A stretch of DNA of 64,000 nt from Yuukianura sp. NJ FZ-2021. Lineage: Eukaryota. Made by a program: the position numbers and the translations under genes. Shown here in pieces: positions 27,189 through 39,200 of the stretch; position 1 is the stretch's first letter; each line of letters begins with the position of its first letter. The stretch lies in NCBI GenBank assembly GCA_046563655.1, contig CM102285.1:1736001-1800000 (forward strand), given 5' to 3'. Under the pieces are notes generated by a model. It did no database searches and was not told where the DNA came from. It was given only the letters and a program-made list of their open reading frames with translations.

Positions 27189-30100
27189 TCAAGAGTAGTC
27201 TGTCGTCGTCACGTGAGATTTGAGCGGAATTCCAAGCGTCGCTGCTACAAGCCCATAGCGTTCAATCTGCATGGCATGGACACAGTGCCACCTAAAACAT
27301 GGTTCAATACATTGAATTCGTTTTTTTTTTCAAAAAATTAAAACTTTCTAAAATTTTGAAACAAAACAGTATATGCTCACCGGTCAGTCCGTGGATTGTA
27401 CTTTTCAACGGTATTGAGGAAATGTACGCCATCGAATCCTCCGAGGCAGTAAATCCTTCCAGAATTCACCGTCGTCCCAAAACTGCTTCTCGGAATGCTC
27501 ATGTTGGACACTTTAGACCACTGGCCACACATGATATCAAATCTAACAAGCCAAGCCAAAACATAAACATAATGCCTCAATTCAAAGATACATAGATTCA
27601 TACTCATATGTTAGATAGAGAAATGAGGTCACGAGGTCAATTGTCTATTTCCATACCTCTCTACGGTACGTAACCACAGCTTGCCGTTACACCCTCCCAT
27701 GACATAGATATGGCAGTCCATCACAGCAGCACTGAAATGATAACACAAATGTAAAATGTTGACATGGAGTTGTAGTTTATGAAAAAACGGATGTTGACGT
27801 TTGACCCGCGGGTAAAATTCAATGTACGTCATGATAGTAGTATTTCCTTGACTATAAGCCGCACTCATGTATAAGCCGCACCAAGAAATTCTCAAAAATA
27901 CCTTAATAGCGCGAAAACATGTAGTTTAAAACATGTGAACTGAGATTTCACACCTGGTTTCTTACTCTTGCGGTCAAGTTAATTTCTACATCAGTATAAC
28001 TCATAAGTTTTTAACGATGGATGTGACAGTCTTTCCAAAATGAAAAAAAAGAGACGGTCACTACGTAAGAAAACGCCAAAATGGCCTGAGCTAGAACGGG
28101 AATTGAGCAAATGGATTAGGGACAGGCGTGACATGAAAGCCCGGGTTCATGAAACGAAACAACTTCTCAATCCGGTGCAGAACCTCCGTTGGTCAGCCAC
28201 TGCCAGAAGACTGGTCAGAAAAGTTGGAACTTTTTCGCGCTTATGTGGCTGAAAAGAAGTGTCTGGGGTCAATCTCCACAAAAAACATGTTCAACATGGA
28301 CGAAGTTCCGTGTCGCACCAGAACCATTGCTGAAACGGGTCAAAAGGATGTCACATTGGTTACCACTGGCTCTGAGAAAAAAAGTTTCACGGTAATCTTG
28401 GCCGTAAGTGCTGAAGGGGAGAAATTGGTGGGATGGATTTGATGAATTGACACTAGATTAGAACAGTTTAACGTAGAGTCTAGTACGTTTTCACACAATT
28501 CCTACTCTTGATTAAAAAAAATCTGTAGTTTTCAGGAAAAGAGAAATTTTTTTTTTCAAAATTTTCCGAAATTTCTTAGATATGCCGCGGCTTGTAGTCA
28601 AGGAAATACGTAGTTTACTGACCTGTGAAACGCTCTTTCCTCATGCATTGGAGCCAGTGTCGTCCAATTACAAGTGATCGGATCATACTTTTCAACGGAA
28701 GATAAAAACCTAGCGTCGGACTCGTTTTTGCCACCGATTCCACCAATGGCGTACAACTCTCCAGTGTTGCTACAAACTGCTACGTGAGCTCGATGTGTTG
28801 ACATTGGCAGTGATTCGTTCCAACAGTCGCTTTTTTCGTCATAAACCTGCAACAAATCGAAAATTACATGAATACTTACAAAAAAAAATCCAACTTTCTC
28901 GAAATCTATCCTTCAGTCACAGAAACTTGCCAATTTTTGTAAGATTTTTTGAAACTTAACCCAAATTCGTTTTTCATGGGACTGTGAACTACGGCCACCG
29001 ACGACGTAAAGGCGCGTGTTGACGATAGCTGCTCCACATCCATGAACAGAAATTGGCAGTGGACTCAGAGCCGTCCAGCGGTTTTCCAGGATATTGTACC
29101 GCTCTACGGTGTTTACCGGAAATCCACAGTCTTGCCCTCCTGTTAAAAAAGAATTTGACCTTTGACCTTACAATTTTTACGAAACTTTATATTTTTAGGG
29201 AATAAGGATGTTGAAGTAAGTTACCAATGACATAGAGTGTATGTTTTTCAGACGCTGTTGCTGGATAGTAGCGACACTGCTTCATCGTCGGCACGACCGT
29301 CATTTCCAGCGATTCATTCGGACTAGTTGGCAGTGGCATTGGAATGCTGCATTTCCATCCGTCGTATCCCATCATGAAGCACTCCACGTTACTCAGACTC
29401 TGACCTTGAGATTCTCCACCCACGGCAAATATCACCTGAGTCAAAAAAATAATCAAAATTTTTCAAAATTTCAATTATTTTTGGATTAGTTTACTTTGAA
29501 ACTTACATCCTGTTGGTGGAAACATCTTCCGCGTACTGGACGTGACAGAGCCTCGTCTTCAACGTACTCAACCCCATCAAACTTCCTGGCAATGACGTGT
29601 GTCAACACACTCCTAATTAATTTCTCAATGACAGGAGAGGCCGTGACCACAGGATGTTGAATCACTTCAATTAAAACTTGTGGCATAATGTCCACCAGGT
29701 CAATTTTGTCCAGAAAAGAAACCAAGTGGGGAGTACGTTTTCCGGCGTCATGATTGGTCCACTCAAGTAGAGCCTAAAAAGTAGTCCACAAATTAGTAGA
29801 CCTGCCAAAAATATGTGCCAAAAACCAAAAAAAAATATTTATTTAATATTTACTATCCAAACTCAAAAATAGTTATCTAAATATTTTATTAAAATATTTA
29901 GATATTATAAAATATTATTTTATCTAAATATTTACTAAAATGGACAATATTTATGTGAAAAAAATGTTAATTGCGTTAAACAAGGTCGCAGAGCAGGAAG
30001 TTCGCTATCATTTACGAGATTTCCAAGTTTTTTTTTTCCCAAAAATCGGAAAACATCGCGTCAAGCGCTTTATGTTTTCAAAAATCGTCAAAAAATGTTG

Positions 30101-32268
30101 TAAAATATTTAGAATTTTCGTCAATATTTTGTATTCCCTTTTTTCCTACAAATATTTTTTTGTAAGATATTTTTATATTTAAATATTATATGTATTTGGC
30201 AGGTCTACAAATTAGTCTCAAAGTATTCCGGAATTAGGCTCATGCCAAAACCACTTTCTGATGCTCCGCAGCACTTGACCTTTTGAGATATAATTCGGGT
30301 GACCTACTTCGGAGAGAGAGTGACGTAGAGACTATAAAAAAGACTAAAATGGTTGCCCTTGCAGACAGGAGGACAAGAGAAAGTCGTGTTCCATTTGTTT
30401 GACGTTGCTTTCAACAAAATCAATATTTCATGCTCAAAGGCCACAAACCGAAAAAAAAATTTATGCAAAACCATTAAAAAAATTCTTTCGTCATTGCAGA
30501 ACATGCCGACCTACTTCCGCAATTTGTTAGAAAGAGGAAGTTGCGGAATTTTCAAATAGAAAAGCTAAGAAGATTTTACAAAAAGCAAATAACATTCTTC
30601 AAAAAAGGCTAAAAGCGCTGAGCTTCAGGATTTTCATGAGTTTCCGTTTTTTGAAATCCGAATGTAGGTCAAATCTTTTCATCTTGAAAATCAGAAAATC
30701 TAACAGAAATGGAGCCAAATTTCGAATTTTGATTTCTTCTAACCATGGACGTAACAAAAAATAATCGAATTTTGACTTAGGTTGAGCAACTTTTTCTTTA
30801 CGTTAACAAAAGTATCGAATTTTCTCAAAATATTAGTGTCAGGTTGAAAAATCTTAGAATTGTGTAGAAAATCAAAGAATTTTGTTGAAAAATATTAGAA
30901 AAACGTTCAAAAAATGTGTGAATTTTGTTGGAAAATAGAATTTTGTTCAAAAAATCATGGAATTGTGTTCAAAAACCTCAAAATTTGAATTTTCTGAAAC
31001 TCTAAGAAACAGACTCACCTTCAAGAGTTGTCCGTCATTATCACAGGCTAGATACGGCTCGTCCAGAAAAATGTTCAAGTACTCCGGCGACAGTTGGAGC
31101 CATTCCTCTCCCTCCATGGCTTCTCGGAAGTGTTCGATCGTGTAGTCCTTGGCAATTTGAGCCAAATCAAGGTGCAGTCGGAGTTGAGCCAATACAAAAA
31201 TTCCAAGACACGTTGATGGATTGAGATTTGTCGTGAGCCACCAGAGGCAGAGGTTCCGCAGAGACGGCAGTTGGAGCATGTCAGCAGCATCCAGCAGTCC
31301 ATCGACCAAGTGCTCATCAATCTAAAAATTTTGAAACCCAGGTTACAAAAACTGCTCAAAAATTTACATATTTTGACAAATCAAACTTTTTTGAAATGTT
31401 CACCTTGATTTTTCCAGTGTAGATGAAGTTGACAACGGCAAGTAAAACTTCAGATGAAATTTCATGAAACTTGACTTCTCCATTCTGAGCCTCTCTGAAA
31501 CCACAACTGAACATTTTCCTAGAAAGAGAAGACAAAAAAACTAACTCAATAAAAAAATATAAAATATAGTTTTTTTTTTAAATGAAGCTGAGAACCTTCG
31601 TACGTCACTTTATGAAAAGTCAAAAGTCACAAAAGCATATTTTATTTGCAACTACTCAGTCGTCCTTAGAAAGCGAAACTCAAAATTTAAATTGACGTCA
31701 AACTAAAAAGCAAGACTCACAAATAATGAATCAAATTAATTTTTCAATTCAATTCACGATATGAAGCACGACAAATGCTGAGCTGGACAAAAAGTAGGTC
31801 AAAAGCTGAATAAGGTCAAACTCAAAGTAGATTTTCATGATAAAAAACACAAAAATTTCAAATTTTTCAAGGTTTTTTAAAAATTTTCAAAATTTACCGG
31901 AAGTAAGGCGAAGCGGCAGCGAGAACGACTTTGTGAGCTGCGATCCGATGAGTCGAAGTGTCAACGCAAAGATTGACGTCGCAGAGGGACTCGTCGTCTC
32001 GCATTGCCTTCAAACTAGCGAGTAATTGGGAAGACATTTGTGAGTCGGAGAGATCTGGAAATTCAAACAAATCAAAATTTCAAAAAAGTTCAAAAAATGA
32101 GTCCAATTTTTGAAATCTCCAGCACTTACCTGTCCCTCCACCATTCGGTTTGTCAATTTCATCTTGTCCAGAACTGTCCAGTCCAGTCGTCTTTTGCGGT
32201 GATATTCGGCACAAACACGTTTTGCAGTCACCCACGTTCAAATTCCTCGTCCACCGACTACTGCTCAT
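27189..32268 (-). CDS. Kelch-like protein (BTB-BACK-Kelch, KLHL family)
   Basis: In-frame exons: 32268-32130, 32054-31898, 31518-31404, 31321-31019, 29773-29507, 29435-29225, 29139-28961, 28846-28623, 27731-27657, 27542-27381, 27291-27189. BTB: LCDVNL...AHKVVLAAASPYFRKMFS...NFIYTG. BACK: LLDAADMLQL...NLNPSTCLGI. Kelch repeats: IFAVGG, LYVIGG, LYVVGG, LYAIGG, IYVMGG, IYCLGG. Confidence 0.93.
27840..28610 (+). mobile_element. Internally deleted pogo/Tigger-like (Tc1/mariner superfamily) DNA transposon in a kelch intron
   Basis: TIRs gtatttccttgactataagccgc (27840-27862) / gcggcttgtagtcaaggaaatac (28587-28609), with TA near both ends. Frameshifted transposase fragments: KWPELERELSKWIRDRR (CENP-B-type HTH) and MFNMDEVP...TTGSEKKSFTVILAVSAEGEKL (DDE_1 N-terminal part). 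Confidence 0.85.
29797..30207. mobile_element. hAT-superfamily MITE with perfect 8-bp target-site duplication
   Basis: Perfect 13-bp TIR tagacctgccaaa / tttggcaggtcta. Identical 8-bp flanks caaattag (29789-29796 and 30208-30215). No coding capacity. Confidence 0.85.
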
Positions 32269-33799
32269 TTTTAAAAAAGATTTCCGAATTCCAATTCCAA
32301 ATTCAGCTGCTCAGTTACCTGAAATTTAAAAAAAATTGTCAGTCAAATCAACGTTTTCAGGCCACGCCTGGCTGTGATCCCATTTTAAAATTTAACTCAA
32401 AAATTTTAAATTCGGAAAACTTTTGAAAGTGGCTTAAAATATTTTCGCACGAAGCATCAAAAACATTTATTTAAAAATTTATTTTAAAAATTCGCATTTT
32501 TTGTGAATTTCCATTTGTATTTAAATTTAAGAAAAAACCAAGTTGGAAAATTTTTAAATTCTTGTATGCAGTAATTCCGAACTAGCAAAAATTCGATAAT
32601 TTCAAATCCCAAAATTTTGAAACTAAATTTTGAAAATTCTTACCCACAATCATATCCAATCATTCTTGAACGCTGACACACACCCGCACCCAAACACTAG
32701 GAACCCATTACCCTAACATTAACCCTAACCCCAAATTAACCTAGCACCCTCCGGAACATCCTAACTTATCAAGCACCTAAACCTGACTGGATCTGCCCAG
32801 TGTTTGGCAGTATGAAGACGCTTCGAGTATTAAATTGTGCTGCCCAAAATGATGTAGAAGCACGAGCACACATGACAAGAGGTGTCTGGAAGGCCCAGTT
32901 CCCCCGTGCCCTCATTTCCCCGTTTCTGGCAAAGCTGGATCCCCCCAAAACTAGGTCAATCAATTCCTCCCCCTTACGTCAACCTCACTATAGAACCAAA
33001 ACCTAGAAGAGTTCCTAAACCTATGGATTTAGTCCAATGTACACCACATTTTCCTATTCCCGTTTTCTTGCAAAATTTTTGCACTAGCTATAACTCGCTT
33101 TCTTGCTCGGACGTCAGTCGGAGGAAAAAGCAGGAAGACCTAGGCCTACTTTTCCCAAGTTCATTTCAAAAACGACCGCCGACCTTGAAACTTTGTAGTT
33201 TAACTTAAAAGCTGTTCCTTAATTCCTACTTATACTGCTTTGCCAAACATCCTGCTACTGGTTAATCAAAGTTATGGATCTATAAAAACTTAAAAAGTAA
33301 TCGAAAAGTAATCGGCAGTTGCAGTTTTACGATTGAAATAAGTAGTTAGATGGAAGAATAGCGTGGGGAAAAATGCCAAATCAGCATGAGATGAGGAAAT
33401 AAAAAAAATGAGTAGAGGAAATAATGTCGAATGTATCAAAAAGAACAATTTCCTACTCACATCCTTCACTTTGACCTTGCGACAGGAAAATGCAGAGAAA
33501 AGCGAAAATTCGATTTATTTTTCAATTTTTTGAATCCAGAATTTGATTTCCAATTCCATCTCTCTAGAATTCCGTAACATCAATTCATTCTTTCAATTCC
33601 GATGAAAAATTAGTTTTCCATTTCTTAAATTGTTTAAAAATTGAATTGGAAAATGGAAAATTCGTTTTCGAATTGAACTTTTAGCAGGAAATTATTGAAC
33701 TTAGCCGGAAATTTTTGAACGTTTAGCAGGAATAAAAAAAAACGATCAAGAAAAATCAAATGAAAAACAGGGCTGGAACTCCAACATGTACATCAGTAT

Positions 33800-35660
33800 T
33801 CCGTTAAACCTGCGTAGTATTACAAGGGCATTGCGCAACCGCAAGCGTTCCTATTCCTAACTATTTGTGTTCCGATTCCGAGGTTGTCAAGCATTGATAA
33901 TTAATTGTAAGTATGATTAGCTGCACAAGCTTTTCAGGATGACAAAAGTAGAACTGATACTGATTGGGGCGACTTTTTGAAGTGGATTTGCTGAAGCGAT
34001 TACAAATTACAAATTTGAATTTTGGAACCAAAAGTGTAAAGTATTGAAGAAAATGATTTAATGTCAACGCTATATGCTAATGTCACTAAAGTAAGCGTCG
34101 TATTACATGGCTTCAAATGCTAATCGATTAAGTTTTAATATCTAAACGTGCCTCCTGCATCCTCAATGGCCAATTTGAACCACGGTAAAACTGTAAAGTA
34201 ACTTGAATTTAGTGTGTACTTCATGCTAGGTAGCAAGTATTAGATGAAAAACTTTACTCTTTGTCATTTGGACATTGAAAAAGATAGATGTAATGGCATC
34301 AATAGCCATGTAAAGTCCATGTCAAGGTGGTTGCATAGCATATCTTATCTTGCGGGTAGTTCTGGAAGTACTACAAAACTGAAGCACTTTCAGTAAAGTT
34401 TGATACCGGTACTACCTACTATTACCTTACTTGGCTTTTTCTGCTTACTCGGTTTGCATGATCAATTCATTTAGGAACTCTGTATAAAATTTTATGACTG
34501 CGGGTTTAATGTCCAGTCGAACTCAAACTGTGTCCAAGGCACGACTTGCCACTTCCTCCAGTTGACATTCTATACCCTTTTCCACAATAAACGGAACGAA
34601 GGAGGAGTCGCCGTGTCTGGTGTCGTGCCGATCTGTGTCATTGGTATAACATACCATAGCGGTGATTAAAGTGACAAGTTGTGGACACGCCGCTGTTTGT
34701 TCAAACAAACTTCCGTTTGGATCCAGTTTCTAACTAAACACTACCAACTTTTTAGAAAAAGGGAGAAAACTGAAGTAAAAAGCGTCACGGCTAGTTAGTC
34801 TCCGGTACTCATAGTCTACTGTCCGTTATTTCATCGTTCCTGGAGGAGAATTTTTTCGAGGTACTAATTAGAAATTGTAAGTTGTAAAAGGTTACATTTT
34901 GTAACTTTTAGGTACACGGCTTCGACATTTTCTCAAAGGTCGCGTTTCTTAGTATTAACCATAATCTTCGAGAAAATGTCGAAGCCATCAAGAACTGTAG
35001 AAGCGCTTCAGTCACTACTGTGCTTGCATCCCGTGACTTATTATTCTCAAAAATCTTTTCAATTGCATTTCGCACGGGCAGTGGAACATAAATGTTCAAA
35101 TGTTTGTTCATTTCCTGAGCTACCGAAGTATCGACTTTCAATTGTGACAATCCAAACTTGAAGCTAAAAACTGACACTGACGAGTCAACCAGTGGTAGCA
35201 ATTAAATCATACTTTCTAATCCAGAATTAAATGTACAAGCGGCATCCATTCAACTGCAATAGAAATAAGAAACGTAAATTGCAAGTTCAACATACTTAGC
35301 AGAATGACCAAGGTCAAACTGAAGGTCAATTTTTAATTGCTGAATTCGGCCTTCATACTAGTTGAAGTCGACGTTAGTGGATTCTTGAATCTCGAAACCG
35401 AGTTCCCGTTGTCCTGCTTTGCTTAGTTCAATTTGAATTCTAGCGTCCTTGTTCCAATAACTACAATATTCAATAATCCACTTTATACAACTTCGCATGG
35501 CATAGAAAATGATGATGTTAATTGACAAAACTACTTACTCACTTCTTCATGCTGTTAAATTTTTAATTCCAGGGTGTCGTTCGATATTCCAATTATTCAA
35601 AAGCCGGATCAGCTGGGTCAACAACAACCACCACCTCTGTGTCCTTCCTGTCCTTAAAAG
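33800..35660 (-). pseudogene. Probable decayed multi-exon gene of unknown family
   Basis: Several protein-like segments bounded by AG/GT signals but interrupted by stops, e.g. KLDPNGSLFEQTAACPQLVTLITAM|gtatgt, MQPP*HGLYMAIDAITSIFFNVQMTK|gtaaag, LPWFKLAIEDAGGTFRY*NLID*HLKP, and ORF 34908-35201. No family recognised. Confidence 0.3.
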
Positions 35661-36226
35661 TGTCAATTGATTCCAGTCCGTCCAATTAAGTGTGTCCAGC
35701 AGAGCAGGAAGAACAACAAAGTCTAGAAAGTCACAATCAATTACTAATCACACACCTTAAATCCAATCCAGAAGATCCAAAGAACACAAGACCAAACCAC
35801 CGCCACCAACCAATACCCGCACACACACACTCACGCACCGTTTGCTTTAAAATAGTACGGAACTACATCTTCCCGTTGTGTCTTTACGGAGACTACTGAA
35901 ACTGAAGGAAGTATCGATCGATCCGCCAAAAATTTTGCACAAAGTTGCCCTATCCTTCTTTTGGCTCCGCTCAGCTGGTTTTGGTTGCAGACGTCACGTA
36001 GCATAGCAACAGACCGCTGGTGGTAGACTGTTAAAACTTTCACCATCTCGGCAGTACCTGCCCGTGTCCGTTTGGTGGCGCGAGAGTTCCTGGAGGAAAA
36101 CTCGCACTTTGGTGCAAAAAGTCGCGATTTTTGACAAAACTCGTCCAGTAGGTGCTGCCCTCTGCGTGGTGTGAACTCAACTACAAAAGGCCATTTGGAG
36201 TGTCTAGACAGAAGGAGTTCAATAAC

Positions 36227-39200
36227 ATGGAGGATATCGAACGAGTAGCTCCGGCGGACATAGAAGCCGTTCGTAAAAAATTTGCAACAACTTCTGCAAA
36301 CGCAGGTAACGAATGAAACCATGAAACATTCGCAAAGTAAACTCGGATTTAGCAAAAAGCTTTCATTTTGCAAACAAAAGCTTTACAAAAAGCTAACAAA
36401 AGGAACGGCCGTCCTCTCAAGTATTCTTGTCATGCTTATATCAGCCATTTTTGCAAAAAAAAAAACAAAAATTCGCACAGTGCCATTTTTCAAAAACCTG
36501 TTCTGTGGAACTCGTGGAATTAAGTGTGTGGAGTAGCACCAAAAGTGCAAATTAAGCAGAAGAATCATCGTTTTAAAAACGTTTTAGGCAAGGCGCGGGT
36601 TGAATCAAATTTAAAATTCTAGATTTAAATGTAAATTTGAACGTTTCATAACGACATCTGACTCCAACATAACATCGTTTCTGTACAGCAGCTTTTACCT
36701 TACGAGGTTATGATATGGAATGCATAACACAATTTGCAAATATTTTGTGAACGTTTAGTATGCATCTCGCACATGCCTCCAGGCGTGCAAATACTCCATT
36801 GGATTTTTAGCGCCAAATTCAATTCCTATTTACGCTTATTCGTTTCCCTTCGAATACTAAAAGCGGAGCCTTGTACTGAGAGGATCATGGACCAAAATTG
36901 TTTTCAATTTTTCATTAACGCTTAACGGAATGAATGTGACTTGAAATTTTATTGTTCATTTTTTCAAACAAAACTCAAAATAATTTCTTCCGTGCATTTC
37001 GTATTACTATTTTTTTTTACAGTTTTGTACAGGGTGCGCCAAAAATCTGTCGGAATTTTTTTTTTCTGACTTCCTTCTTTGCTCAACGGGGTTTTTATAA
37101 AAAACGACGTGCAAAATGGATCACGCTGTACAAAATTCGGTGTGAGATGTGAATATGACTAGAATTTTTATGTGAGGTGACAATATGAGAATACGAAATT
37201 AAAGCTTCCAAGTTATACTTCAGCAAAGGATGACAGCATTTTCCAGAATAACTTGACGATTACTCTTGGCATGTCACAGATCGAGAATGACTATATGCAT
37301 AATGCTAAGGGCTAACGCTAAGCCCACTTTTGACATCGACTGTCTACCAGAACTCATTGGCGCTAGAATATTTTGTAGAACTGATCATGGAAGATCCAAT
37401 TTGGAAATGTCATTGTCATAATTCTAATTCCCTGTGTCAAGGGAAGTCATAAAGACCAGAAGTGACAACTAACCCCCCTCCCCCTTCCCCCCTTTCAGAA
37501 CAAAACAAGTCAAATAATATGAGCATACTAAAAAGTATTTTTTCCACTTTGGTCACAAGGAAAGAACAGTTTTTGTTGTGTCTGATCTCGTTCTAACAAT
37601 TTCTTTGTTCTTTTTATGACTTTGTGTACAGTGTGTCCTGGAATTCAGAATGTCAGCTTATGTGCTACAGAGTCTGCAGAGAGTTTTGGCAGGAAAGAGG
37701 AAACGGCGACACTTGTTTGTAACTTTCTCCAAACTACTTTCACTTTTCTCTTTTATAACTTCTGGCCAAGCACTCATAAATTAGCTTTTCTTTTTGAACG
37801 AAAAAAAAGTATGAAAAAAAAAGTTGGATGAAACGAGCACTAACACCCCAATGTTGAAGTATGGAAAAAGAATGGTGCACTGGAACCCTTTTGAACATTT
37901 TTCATCCGAATTTTCCCGCTTGTACTTGTGCTCAACAGCAGAGCTTCCTGCTGCAGTTTGAAAATAAACTTCCCGCTTCCTTTTTTTCTTCAAATTCCTC
38001 CGTTCCAGCGGAGTAGACGTCCAGAGATTGCTATCTTGGGAAATACCGGTTCCGGTTCGGAAACAGTTTCATCGTACCGGTTTATGTTCAACCTGTACGC
38101 TAAACTTTAACTTTAATCTCTAGCATTTACAAAAACATTAAAAGTACAAAAAAAAATCAATTGCAACGTTAAAACTAAAATATTTTTAACGAGAAAAAAA
38201 AAATTAACGAGAAGTAACACAAAAAAAGTTTCACGAAAGTTATCAGTGCATGGATCTGTATTGAGGTTGCAGTGATATAGTGTATATTGATTCGGATTTA
38301 AATTTTTAAAAGTTCCGGTATCTCTGAAATTGATAGGGGACCTAGGTTTTTATTTTCTTAATTGTGAATTAGTTTATCGTACCGGTCTTGTTTCGGTTCG
38401 TTTCGTTCCGGTACAGTGGTGAACCATGTATACCGTAATGGAAGATTGAACGAGCAGCTTCCACCAAAGTTCAAGTGTCTCTAAAAATGGAAATGAATGG
38501 AGAATTCTTCTAGCATTCTTTCCGCTCCTATTTATTTATTTCCACATGCCAAATCCACTTTTTCATCGTCTGCTTTATGTCTTATCAACTTTTGTTTTAA
38601 CTCCTTTTTTAAAGAATTTTAGAACAAAATATAGTTCACAAGTGGAACCGAAAAAGTTACTTTTAGTTCTGGGGCAATTGAGAAAGGTCATGCCACTCAC
38701 TTTCAAAAATTCCAAAACTTAAAAGCTCTTCACTTTCAAGTTTTGTTTTATCTTCGGATGCTTTGAAACGAAACTTTTCCAAAACATCTAAACATTTTTT
38801 TTAAAAGTTTAGATGTGAAACTGAAAGATGAAAACTGTTTGAACAAAAAACTTTGTATAATCTTAATTGCTTGGCCCATTTGTTCATCCCTTTGGAATGT
38901 GCCTAAGTGTTAAAAGAAATGAGTCAGATGACGGACCTAAATCTTCCTGGGAAAAACAAGCAGATCACCCCCTCTTCATTTCACTTTTTCTCAAAATCCG
39001 TTTTCTTACAACTCAAAACTTCGTGATTTTGAATTTTCTCTAATATATAACATTTGGTAGCATTTTTTTAATGTAAACCTTTAAAAAAAACATTCAGCAC
39101 AAAGTGTTACAAAATGGAGTCATGGTCGATACAAAACGTAGTCAGGAAAAATTTGCGAAAAAATGAAACCTATAGAACATTAGGTTAACTGAAGATTAAA

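Noticed and set aside
27173-27212. 40-nt intron that would join the kelch frame to the NLDKFF frame
   Set aside because: The donor (GTGACG) is weak and the intron is far shorter than the smallest introns seen here (~68-80 nt).
32769-33208. Overlapping ORFs upstream of the kelch gene
   Set aside because: No recognisable domain or in-frame splice path. More likely promoter/5' UTR sequence.
35831-36373. 180-aa minus-strand ORF
   Set aside because: It starts at TTG, lies antisense to the GC-richer MOSPD2 5' UTR/first exon, and has no recognisable domain.
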